NCBI GenBank assembly: GCA_964016885.1
Contig: OZ024740.1
Coordinates: 15,376,001-15,440,000 of the forward strand
Direction of reading: 5' to 3'
DNA length: 64,000 nt
Source: Eledone cirrhosa
Lineage: Eukaryota
Positions 43,266-54,985 of the stretch are shown here, piece by piece. How positions within the stretch are numbered: the stretch's first letter is position 1; each line of letters opens with the position of its first letter. A program made the translations under genes and the position numbers. The notes under the pieces were generated by a model. It did not search any database and had not been told where the DNA came from. It saw only the letters and a program-made list of their open reading frames with translations.

Positions 43266-43272
<7 letters not shown>
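42752..43272. mobile_element. Diverged ~320-bp retrozyme-like element: one monomer (-) joined to a partial inverted copy (+)
   Basis: Shares AGAGCGGTTGCCGGTC..GCAGAAATT..TGCTCTGAAATAGCGATATATA and CTGTATG..CATTT(C/T)GAAGACCT..CGCTAT with the 310-bp unit; inverted arms 42752-42902 and 43082-43234; in (TA)n. Confidence 0.8.
42880..42922 (-). ncRNA. Type I hammerhead, U3:A8 core variant
   Basis: Reverse complement: GCT-TTGATAA-GTAC(CAATCA)GTAC-GAAAC-AGAGCTCT-GTC-AGC. Confidence 0.78.
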
Positions 43273-43324
<52 letters not shown>

Positions 43325-43329
<5 letters not shown>

Positions 43330-43493
43330 GTTATGTAATAAACAACATAATATAAGTATTTCATTTACCAGTGGTTTCTTGAAACCAACCAAAATTGCTT
43401 TCATTCATCAGAATTCTGATGAATGAAAGCAATTTTGGTTGCTTTCATGAAACCACTGGTAAATGAAATACCTATCTTATGTTGTTTATTACA

Positions 43494-43502
<9 letters not shown>
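43325..43502. mobile_element. ~180-bp fold-back element of two head-to-head hammerhead-bearing ends
   Basis: Near-perfect palindrome centred on GAATTC (43411-43416); + arm ATT-CTGATGA-ATGAAAGCAA(TTTTGG)TTGCTTTCAT-GAAACC-ACT-GGTA-AAT; between TA tracts. Confidence 0.8.
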
Positions 43503-43539
<37 letters not shown>

Positions 43540-43540
<1 letters not shown>

Positions 43541-44583
43541 ATTAAAATACTGGAGCGTGTTGGAGTTAAACACCCTCTTCGTATTATAGAAATGACAGTA
43601 AAAGGTATAGCTCAATGTAATTAAACAGAGCCGAAGAATTATGAAAATAAAACAAAGAAGCCTTCAATACATCAAAAGTCTTTATTAGCCAACAATGTTT
43701 CGTCCTATTAAGGACTCATCAGGGCAGATGTTTATATTTTTCGTCCTATTAAGGACTCATCATGTAAGATGTTTATATTTTTGTACCATCATAATTTTGG
43801 GTATTGTACAATTTATATTTTTTCTCACCTTCTCTGTAACTCTATATGAATTGATTTGTTAACTTACATGCCATTATATATTATATATTATTATATTATT
43901 ATTATAGTATTATTGTGACATCTATATTGTTTGTGTAAATTAACCGGAGATTATCTATTATATTATATTATATATTATGTAATTATATAGTTTATTATAT
44001 ATTATATGTGTTACTTTTAATCATTCCATTACTTCATGTATATTAGAAATACGTATTATTATTATATTTATTCCTATTATGCTTATTTATATTTAAACTC
44101 TTAATAAGGTTTAATTTGTCCTGTTAATGATGGATATGTGTATTGATGTATGTGTATATGTGCGTACGTGTGCGTACATATATACATATGTATATTGTGC
44201 CTTTTAATCTTAATTTTTAATTTTAATTTTAATATTGTTACAAGTATATTATATTATATTATATTGTATTACATATAGTACTATAATTCCCGCTCTATAT
44301 AACCACCTTTGTTTAGCTCTAGGTTTTTTTTGCTTTGGACTATATTTGTAATATGGTTCAAAATGTTATCCACCTCCTTAGTGATTTTTATTATATATTT
44401 TTACCCATAATCTTCCAATACTTTAGTGTATGTACACTCCATATTCTTCGGAGTTTTTGGCTTGTATTGGCCGATAGTACTTCTTGTGGTTTTAATTGCC
44501 CTGATGAGTCCTTAATAGGACGAAACATTGTTGGCTAATAAAGACTTTTGATGTATTGAAGGCTTCTTTGTTTTATTTTCATA
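43540..44583. mobile_element. Non-coding AT-rich PLE-derived insert with inverted hammerhead-bearing ends
   Basis: 43640-43726 is the reverse complement of 44497-44583; HHR GCC-CTGATGA-GTCC(TTAATA)GGAC-GAAAC-ATT-GTT-GGC at 44498-44535 (+) and 43687-43726 (-). Confidence 0.8.
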
Positions 44584-44606
44584 GATATATATATATATGT
44601 ATATTT

Positions 44607-44738
<132 letters not shown>

Positions 44739-44950
44739 GGAAAAAATGAAACGAAATTTCATTTCTCACTCTTAGTACGGTTTAATACGGGATGTTTGTT
44801 TACAAACACACCGAGCATTATAATAAATGTTCCGTGAATCCATATGTAAATATATATATATGTGTGCATGTATGTATATATATATACATACTACTGTACC
44901 TCTGTATACATATATGTATGTACGTATACATACTTATATATATATATACA

Positions 44951-44990
<40 letters not shown>

Positions 44991-45015
44991 GTATATATAT
45001 ATATATATATATATA

Positions 45016-46427
45016 ATCCATTATAAAGAAAGAAGAAACATTAGATATAAATAAAAAGATGTAACATACCTAAATTCCTTCATTATCCTCAAGGAATTTA
45101 GGTATATTATATTTTTTTAATTATATCTAATGTTTCTTCTTTCTTTATAATGTATTATATAGCTCTTATATTGAATCATTCTAATCCATTCACATTATTT
45201 TGTCCCTATTAATGATAGAGCAACAACGGTTAAGGTTGGCACCACACAAATTCAGGGATATATGTGGGTATATGCATGTATATGTATGTATTCGCATGTG
45301 TCTGTGTATTTTTTTGTGTATATATATCTTTGATACTTATACAGCTCCCAAGGGAATGATCGTAGCATATTCTACATTTATATATATATATATCTGTGTG
45401 TTTCTTAATATATTAATAACTCCCTCTGGTCGAGCAATCTTTGAAGTGTGGGGACAACTGGAAAGCTTCCATTACTCATACTTCTCGCCTTCTTCACTAC
45501 CTCTTCTACGGCCTCGATATGAATACCCCCTCCGCCTCCGTGGTATTTTCTTCGTGGTTATAAGAGGCTTAGCTCTGTTTTTCGACCATTATATCGCGTG
45601 ACTATCTCCCCCTCCGCCTTTTGGGATTCTTTCTCACGTCGTGTAGACGCGTTCTTGAGACTAGTAAAATGAGGTATCCTCTTGATAAGTCGGCAGACCT
45701 CGCAGGGACTCTATATCTTTGATATATTGTTTTTGTTTATGCCACGAAACTACGTAGTCGAGGAATTTAGGAACAGTTTAGGTATGATACATTTTATTAC
45801 TAATTATATCTAAATATTTCTTCTCTCTTCATAATGTATTTTTAACTCTGATACTGGTTCAGTCTGGTTCAAACTGAATTGGTCTGTCCCAGTCATTCAT
45901 TGAGCAACATCGGTGAAGTTGGCACCCTTAACTCACAGTTGGGTGCGGATGCATTCATGTATATATGTGTGTGTCCGCATGTATCTGTGTGTTTCTTAAT
46001 ATATTAATAACTCCCTCTGGTCGAGCAATCTTTGAAGTGTGGGGACAACTGGAAAGCTTCCATTACTCATACTTCTCGCCTTCTTCACTACCTCTTCTAC
46101 GGCCTCGATATGAATACCCCCTCCGCCTCCGTGGTATTTTCTTCGTGGTTATAAGAGGCTTAGCTCTGTTTCTCGACCATTATATCGCGTGACTATCTCC
46201 CCCTCCGCCTTTTGGGATTCTTTCTCACGTCGTGTAGACGCGTTCTTGAGACTAGTAAAATGAGGTATCCTCTTGATAAGTCGGCAGACCTCGCAGGGAC
46301 TCTATATCTTTGATATATTGTTTTTGTTTATGCCACGAAACTACGTAGTCGAGGAATTTAGGAACAGTTTAGGTATGATACATTTTATTACTAATTATAT
46401 CTAAATGTTTCTTCTCTCTTCATAATG

Positions 46428-46430
<3 letters not shown>
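45016..46430 (+). mobile_element. Partial tandem of a ~591-bp hammerhead-containing unit with a short inverted 5' piece
   Basis: 45391-45839 repeated at 45982-46430; HHR CCTC-TTGATAA-GTCGGCA(long loop)TGCCAC-GAAAC-TACGTA-GTC-GAGG at 45678-45763 and 46269-46354; hairpin 45016-45155. Confidence 0.78.
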
Positions 46431-46463
<33 letters not shown>

Positions 46464-46515
46464 TATATATATATGCACACACACATATATATATTTATAT
46501 AAATATATATGTATA

Positions 46516-46609
<94 letters not shown>

Positions 46610-47370
46610 ATAATGAAATACAAAGTAGTTTCAGGTCTTAAAATCCAATGATGACTGTGTCCACGTGATTCCGTGTACCCAGTGCCATGATCTCATCAGA
46701 CAGCTTCCTACATAATAAGGTTACGTTCTCGAGACAATCCAAATTGAAGCGACAAGGGAACGGGCAAAAATGATGATCTTAAAGCTTTCACCCGTTCCCT
46801 TGCGAGCCCCAATCAGACTCCACAACTTTGCGCAGGCGCAAATGTAACGGAAGCTGCCCAGCTATCCAACTATTTACCGCCCAAATACAGTAAACTAGCC
46901 TAGAGAGCCACCCCCCACCCCCACCCAGGCCGGTAAAGTTACATGGTCCCAGATGCCAGCCAACTAAATTGTAGTCCACTGCCAGTCTAGTAGCAACCGA
47001 CTGGAACTCTGAGGTAATAGCAGGCTATGATTTTCAATCTGTTTTAATACTACCCCCCTCTCCCCCAACTATGTATGGCTAATAGAACTGACCATCACCC
47101 GTGAACACACACACGCACATATATATATATATATATGTTAAGTATTTCCGTGGGAAAGGTAAAGGAAAGAAGAGTGCTCTATGTATAGTACAGAGCTATT
47201 TAATAATGTAATAAACAACATAATATAATTATTCCATTCCCCAAGGTTTCACGAAGTTAGACGCTTCTAACATCATCTGATGAACGATATCAGCCGTTTC
47301 TGTTAGAATCGTCTAACTATTGTGTTGTTTATTAAATAAATACATGTATATATATATATATAAATACATG

Positions 47371-47428
<58 letters not shown>

Positions 47429-47432
<4 letters not shown>

Positions 47433-50400
47433 TATAGACATAGAATATTCGAAAATATTCTGTATGTTTATAATAAACATTTTGAAGACCTAATCGCTAT
47501 AGAATAGAATACGTCACGTATTACAATTAGATTCTCGATAAAAGCAAGGGAAGTAATCTACGCGTTTCATTCTTGTTAGAATTCATCAGGACTACATATC
47601 CAGTGCTTTTATCGAGAATGACACAGCTAGAGACTTATAGAATACTTAGCTGTGTACTGGAACTGGTTTGAAAGAGCGGTTGCCGGTCCGGCAGAAATTA
47701 GAAATTGGAATAAATGCTCTGAAATAGCGATATATATGTGAGTATAGACATAGAATATTCGAAAATATTCTGTATGTTTATAATAAACATTTTGAAGACC
47801 TAATCGCTATAGAATAGAATACGTCACGTATTACAATTAGATTCTCGATAAAAGCAAGGGAAGTAATCTACGCGTTTCATTCTTGTTAGAATTCATCAGG
47901 ACTACATATCCAGTGCTTTTATCGAGAATGACACAGCTAGAGACTTATAGAATACTTAGCTGTGTACTGGAACTGGTTTGAAAGAGCGGTTGCCGGTCCG
48001 GCAGAAATTAGAAATTGGAATAAATGCTCTGAAATAGCGATATATATGTGAGTATAGACATAGAATATTCGAAAATATTCTGTATGTTTATAATAAACAT
48101 TTTGAAGACCTAATCGCTATAGAATAGAATACGTCACGTATTACAATTAGATTCTCGATAAAAGCAAGGGAAGTAATCTACGCGTTTCATTCTTGTTAGA
48201 ATTCATCAGGACTACATATCCAGTGCTTTTATCGAGAATCTAATTGTAATACGTGACGTATTCTATTCTATAGCGATTAGGTCTTCAAAATGTTTATTAT
48301 AAACATACAGAATATTTTCGAATATTCTATGTCTATACTCACATATATATCGCTATTTCAGAGCATTTATTCCAATTTCTAATTTCTGCCGGACCGGCAA
48401 CCGCTCTTTCAAACCAGTTCCAGTACACAGCTAAGTATTCTATAAGTCTCTAGCTGTGTCATTCTCGATAAAAGCACTGGATATGTAGTCCTGATGAATT
48501 CTAACAAGAATGAAACGCGTAGATTACTTCCCTTGCTTTTATCGAGAATCTAATTGTAATACGTGACGTATTCTATTCTATAGCGATTAGGTCTTCAAAA
48601 TGTTTATTATAAACATACAGAATATTTTCGAATATTCTATGTCTATACTCACATATATATCGCTATTTCAGAGCATTTATTCCAATTTCTAATTTCTGCC
48701 GGACCGGCAACCGCTCTTTCAAACCAGTTCCAGTACACAGCTAAGTATTCTATAAGTCTCTAGCTGTGTCATTCTCGATAAAAGCACTGGATATGTAGTC
48801 CTGATGAATTCTAACAAGAATGAAACGCGTAGATTACTTCCCTTGCTTTTATCGAGAATCTAATTGTAATACGTGACGTATTCTATTCTATAGCGATTAG
48901 GTCTTCAAAATGTTTATTATAAACATACAGAATATTTTCGAATATTCTATGTCTATACTCACATATATATCGCTATTTCAGAGCATTTATTCCAATTTCT
49001 AATTTCTGCCGGACCGGCAACCGCTCTTTCAAACCAGTTCCAGTACACAGCTAAGTATTCTATAAGTCTCTAGCTGTGTCATTCTCGATAAAAGCACTGG
49101 ATATGTAGTCCTGATGAATTCTAACAAGAATGAAACGCGTAGATTACTTCCCTTGCTTTTATCGAGAATCTAATTGTAATACGTGACGTATTCTATTCTA
49201 TAGCGATTAGGTCTTCAAAATGTTTATTATAAACATACAGAATATTTTCGAATATTCTATGTCTATACTCACATATATATCGCTATTTCAGAGCATTTAT
49301 TCCAATTTCTAATTTCTGCCGGACCGGCAACCGCTCTTTCAAACCAGTTCCAGTACACAGCTAAGTATTCTATAAGTCTCTAGCTGTGTCATTCTCGATA
49401 AAAGCACTGGATATGTAGTCCTGATGAATTCTAACAAGAATGAAACGCGTAGATTACTTCCCTTGCTTTTATCGAGAATCTAATTGTAATACGTGACGTA
49501 TTCTATTCTATAGCGATTAGGTCTTCAAAATGTTTATTATAAACATACAGAATATTTTCGAATATTCTATGTCTATACTCACATATATATCGCTATTTCA
49601 GAGCATTTATTCCAATTTCTAATTTCTGCCGGACCGGCAACCGCTCTTTCAAACCAGTTCCAGTACACAGCTAAGTATTCTATAAGTCTCTAGCTGTGTC
49701 ATTCTCGATAAAAGCACTGGATATGTAGTCCTGATGAATTCTAACAAGAATGAAACGCGTAGATTACTTCCCTTGCTTTTATCGAGAATCTAATTGTAAT
49801 ACGTGACGTATTCTATTCTATAGCGATTAGGTCTTCAAAATGTTTATTATAAACATACAGAATATTTTCGAATATTCTATGTCTATACTCACATATATAT
49901 CGCTATTTCAGAGCATTTATTCCAATTTCTAATTTCTGCCGGACCGGCAACCGCTCTTTCAAACCAGTTCCAGTACACAGCTAAGTATTCTATAAGTCTC
50001 TAGCTGTGTCATTCTCGATAAAAGCACTGGATATGTAGTCCTGATGAATTCTAACAAGAATGAAACGCGTAGATTACTTCCCTTGCTTTTATCGAGAATC
50101 TAATTGTAATACGTGACGTATTCTATTCTATAGCGATTAGGTCTTCAAAATGTTTATTATAAACATACAGAATATTTTCGAATATTCTATGTCTATACTC
50201 ACATATATATCGCTATTTCAGAGCATTTATTCCAATTTCTAATTTCTGCCGGACCGGCAACCGCTCTTTCAAACCAGTTCCAGTACACAGCTAAGTATTC
50301 TATAAGTCTCTAGCTGTGTCATTCTCGATAAAAGCACTGGATATGTAGTCCTGATGAATTCTAACAAGAATGAAACGCGTAGATTACTTCCCTTGCTTTT

Positions 50401-50850
50401 ATCGAGAATCTAATTGTAATACGTGACGTATTCTATTCTATAGCGATTAGGTCTTCAAAATGTTTATTATAAACATACAGAATATTTTCGAATATTCTAT
50501 GTCTATACTCACATATATATCGCTATTTCAGAGCATTTATTCCAATTTCTAATTTCTGCCGGACCGGCAACCGCTCTTTCAAACCAGTTCCAGTACACAG
50601 CTAAGTATTCTATAAGTCTCTAGCTGTGTCATTCTCGATAAAAGCACTGGATATGTAGTCCTGATGAATTCTAACAAGAATGAAACGCGTAGATTACTTC
50701 CCTTGCTTTTATCGAGAATCTAATTGTAATACGTGACGTATTCTATTCTATAGCGATTAGGTCTTCAAAATGTTTATTATAAACATACAGAATATTTTCG
50801 AATATTCTATGTCTATACTCACATATATATCGCTATTTCAGAGCATTTAT

Positions 50851-50856
<6 letters not shown>
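47429..50856. mobile_element. Retrozyme-like array 1: 310-bp hammerhead unit, ~2.6 copies (-) then ~8.5 copies (+); 11 HHRs
   Basis: Exact 310-nt periodicity; HHRs start at 47553, 47863, 48173 (-) and 48485+310n, n=0-7 (+); flanked by (TA)n. Confidence 0.93.
48485..48527 (+). ncRNA. Type I hammerhead ribozyme (representative of array 1); predicted cleavage after GUA at 48521
   Basis: GTAGTC-CTGATGA-ATTCT(AACA)AGAAT-GAAAC-GC-GTA-GATTAC; stem I extended by ATTCTCGATAAAAGCA/TGCTTTTATCGAGAAT (16 bp). Confidence 0.92.
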
Positions 50857-50888
<32 letters not shown>

Positions 50889-51025
50889 TAAAAGCCGGAA
50901 ACAGAAGTTGCCCTCGGCCTCTGTAGGTCTTTATCTTATTTTTATAAACTATCTTTATAGCATTTCTGCGCTTGGGCACTTCTTTTTAACACCATGTTTA
51001 CCTGTTTTTTCTTCCTTAATTATTA

Positions 51026-51078
51026 CTGCCTGATGAGGTCCCAGCCAATAATGGCTGTCACTGAAATATATATAGCAG
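51026..51078 (+). ncRNA. Type I hammerhead motif in a ~340-bp solo pLTR-like insert (50885-51227) between TA tracts
   Basis: CTGC-CTGATGA-GGT..CAGCCA(ATAA)TGGCTG..ACT-GAAA-TATATA-TA-GCAG. Confidence 0.75.
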
Positions 51079-51254
51079 AGAATTAGAATAAACGAAGCCA
51101 ACTTTAACATATTTGACTTACACTTAATATTCTACATTACTCCGGAGTAAACAAACCAGCCTGCGCACCTCGTTGAGTGCGCCAACCTGTATACTGAGGT
51201 GTCGGTAAACAACCAGTATATACTCAATATATATATATATATATATATATTACC

Positions 51255-52604
51255 CTATTCCCAATTCCCCCGTCTTCGTCGACTCTGTAGCTAGGACCAC
51301 GATTTCGAAACCCATTCTCTTCACATGGCCTCCCACTTCATCCAGTGGATATCCCCCCACCCCGATCCAAGCTGCTCTCACCCGCGCCCGTGAAACCGAC
51401 CGTTCAACAGACCCCTCACCTCACCAGCACCCTCCCAATACATGCCTTCCTTTCCCTCTCACCTATCACCCCATCACTTCTCGCATCTTTCCTAACCTAC
51501 CTATCACCGCATTTAAGCGCGCCCGTAACCCCCGCGACCTCCTGGTACGCAGTTCCTTCTCGACCTATCCTATGACACCACCCGGCTCTCATCCTTGTTC
51601 TCGTCTCCGCTGTAACACTTGTCCTTTCATTTCCACCCTCACCACTCTTACAGGCCCTAACGGGTCTTTCCTTATCCGCCATTCCTTCACTTGCACCTCC
51701 ACCCAAGTTGTCTATGCCACCCGGTGTTCTCTTTGATACATCGGACAAACGGGACGCCGTTTGGCGGACCGAATTGCTGAACATTTGAGGGACATATGAC
51801 TCAGTTTGGATACTTCCGTTGCCCGTCATTTCCGTTTCCCAGGTCACTCTTCCTTATATGTCTCAGTCCTGGGTGTCCTTTTACATCACGGATCGCAGAA
51901 CTCGCGCACCAGGACTGAACAGGGTCTGATTTACAGCCTTGGGCCCTGTTTCCCTCACGGACTCAACTCCCCTCCCCAATTTCTTTAATACCCCGGCCGT
52001 TATCACACACGCGCTTGTACATTCACCCTTAGATTCCTATAGCTCTCTTATGATCAGAAACTTCTCTTACCGCTAATACAGATCAACAAAATACGCACAC
52101 TGCTTTTCCCTTCACAGCTCTGTATACACACACACACACACACACACACACTTATATTAACATACTTTTGCTTACAACTTCGTACTTACAAGCACACACA
52201 GATACTCTTTTACTTACATATAGACACGCATATCCTCTTAGCTTCGTAGGACGTATAATAACACACACACAAAGACCCCCTCGCCCATGCGCATACGCAC
52301 GTGCACAAGTATAGCTCTATATACAAAATAGTTTTTTTTTCCATTTCAGGTAGACGCGCTCCATCATCCACTTTTCTAAAACATAAATCATACACAAAAC
52401 ACCAGCACCAACAATTTTGCAAGAGATGTCAACATGAATGGACCTGTTATTTTTATCTAAAGACATTTTTTCCAATTCCAATCCGCCCATCCCTTCAATT
52501 TTTCTTATTCTTTCTTTTGATGAAGGACTAGCGTCCGAAACGTTAAGACCCTCTTCCTGCTATTTCAAACGTTAACCTGATATATTCCTTCCATATACTG
52601 TACT
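51255..52604 (+). mobile_element. Decayed PLE 3' portion (GIY-YIG remnant and pLTR with hammerhead)
   Basis: ~51685-51988 translates FTCTSTQVVYATRCSL*YIGQTGRRLADRIAEHLRDI*..VARHF..GHS..EQGLIYSLG..PHGLN; HHR TCTT-TTGATGA-A-GGAC(TAGC)GTCC-GAAAC-GTT-AAGA at 52513-52548. Confidence 0.82.
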
Positions 52605-52685
52605 ATAATTTTGAGATAGAGCGTCCGTGATGTTTGCTCTAATCTGATTAGAGCAAACATCACGGACGCTCTATCTCAAAATTAT
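52605..52685. repeat. Perfect 40-bp-arm palindrome with 1-nt spacer
   Basis: ATAATTTTGAGATAGAGCGTCCGTGATGTTTGCTCTAATC-T-GATTAGAGCAAACATCACGGACGCTCTATCTCAAAATTAT. Confidence 0.95.
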
Positions 52686-52867
52686 TTTTGAAAAGCATTA
52701 GAAATGCGCAACCGGTAAAACTTAAAACCAAAACTGAATACTAACCAATACTATTACTAATTCTCACTTATTCCTAATTAAACTATTTTTCACTGTGAAC
52801 AATTTGTCAGCATTTTCTTTTCCGTTTACCAATATATCATAACTTGTGTGTTACACCTCTATTCTTT

Positions 52868-52898
<31 letters not shown>

Positions 52899-52914
52899 GG
52901 TACGTTTCTTGTGG

Positions 52915-52940
<26 letters not shown>

Positions 52941-52945
<5 letters not shown>

Positions 52946-54201
52946 AGATCAAAAGATGGTTAAAGGAGTTCAATATATTTTATTATGCGCATTTCAAAAA
53001 CAAACATCATCAAACAATAATATTTGTGTTTTCATCAGATAAAACAGGAGAACATGATATGAAGGCTAAAAAAACACTTGTTGATAGTGCAGTTTTAAAT
53101 CAACATATGAAAAGTGGTTTTAGATTGATGTGTGATATTGGGAAAAATATTTTATTTAGAGAGGGGGGGAGAGAAAAGGATGAAAAGGGAAGGAGATGAG
53201 AGGGAGAGATGGGTGATAGAGAGAAAGAGATAGTTTTTATAACAGAGAGGAGATACAAGCACACACAGATACTCTTTTACTTACATATAGACACGCATAT
53301 ATAAAAACTCTAACTTCACATTATTTTTCTCAAATCCTATACATAAACTTTTTCTCTTTGCTAATTTTAAAATTCCTACATTTCTCCTTTTGAATATTCA
53401 CCCACAATTATTATTTTTTTTTTTCTCTCTATCTCCATACATAATCTCCCTTCGTTATTATTTTTTTCTCTCTATCTCCATACATAATTTCCCTTCGTTA
53501 ATTTTCAAATTCCTTTAATTTATACATTATCTTCCAACGGTTCCCAACCTCTCTATATTAAAACATTATATCTTTTTCTCAGTTATAAAAACTATCTCTT
53601 TCTCTCTATCACCCATCTCTCCCTTTCCACCTTCACTCTCATCTCCTCCCCTTTTTTTTTTTTTTTTTCATCCTTTCCACCCCCACCCCTCCCTAAATAT
53701 AATATATTTTTTCCTCGCACATATCCTCCCTTCGTTAATTTTCAAAATTTTTAATTTATACAGTATCTTCCAACGGTTTTCAACCCCTCTATATAAAATA
53801 TATCTCCTCTCTGTTATAAAAACTATCTCTTTCTCTCTATCACCCATCTCTCCCTCTCATCTCCTTCCCTTTTCATCCTTTTCTCTCCCCCCCTCTCTAA
53901 ATAAAATATTTTTCCCAATATCACACATCAATCTAAAACCACTTTTCATATGTTGATTTAAAACTGCACTATCAACAAGTGTTTTTTTAGCCTTCATATC
54001 ATGTTCTCCTGTTTTATCTGATGAAAACACAAATATTATTGTTTGATGATGTTTGTTTTTGAAATGCGCATAATAAAATATATTGAACTCCTTTAACCAT
54101 CTTTTGATCTTATATTATGCATACTCCAGTCCCACAAACTGTAGAGTGCTTCTTATCCGATATCTGCATTGCTTTATTGTACTACAATAAAACTCACCTC
54201 C

Positions 54202-54203
<2 letters not shown>
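52941..54203. mobile_element. Non-coding PLE-derived insert with ~315-bp inverted ends, each with a hammerhead
   Basis: 52941-53255 is the reverse complement of ~53801-54116; HHR TTTTAT-CTGATGA-(long stem II)-GAAA-TGCGCA-TA-ATAAAA at 54012-54078 (+) and 52978-53044 (-); right arm runs ~85 nt further. Confidence 0.82.
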
Positions 54204-54267
<64 letters not shown>

Positions 54268-54289
54268 ACAAGAAACGTACCATTAAGAG

Positions 54290-54985
54290 ACAGTAAACAG
54301 ACCATAAGTAAAGCATGAAGATAACAAACAGGTAAGTTGTAAACATTTGATAATGACGTAGTAAACATATAATAATGATATAGTAGACAGTAAACACAGT
54401 AAACATACTGTAACAGACAGTAAAATTGATAGTAAACACACAGTAAACATACGATAAAGAGACTATAAAACATTCTGTGAAAATGTAGTAAACATGTAGC
54501 AAACATACAGTAAACATGTAGTAAACATGTAGTAAACATGTAGTAAACATGTAGTAAACACGCAGTAAGCATGCAGTAAACATGTAGAAAACATGCAGTA
54601 AACATGTAGCGAACGTGCTGTAAACATGCAATAAACATGTATTAAATATGCAGTAAACATGTAGTAAACATGTAGTAAACATGCAGTGGATATGTAGTAA
54701 CCGTGTAACGAGCGTGCAGTGAGAATGTAGTAAACATGTATTAAACATGTAGTAAATATGTAGTAAATATGCAATAGACATGTAGTAAACGTGTAGCAAG
54801 CGTGCAGTGAGAATGTATTAAACATGTATTAAACATGCAGTAAACATGTAGTTAACATGTAGTAAACGTGTAGCGAGCGTGCATTGAGAGTGTAGTAAAC
54901 ATGTAGTAAACATGCAATGGACATGTAGTAAACGTGTAATGAGTGTGCAGTGCAGGGAGAATGTAGTAAACATGTAGTAGCATAG
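54290..54985. repeat. Degenerate 11-bp (AGTAAACATGT)n repeat
   Basis: Directly visible. Confidence 0.85.

Noticed and set aside
45200-46192. Duplicated 133/75-aa ORFs
   Set aside because: No recognisable domain; they lie within the non-coding 591-bp HHR unit
47200-47340. CTGATGA and GTTTC motifs as an intact hammerhead
   Set aside because: Could not assemble consistent stems; treated as a rearranged relative of 43325-43502
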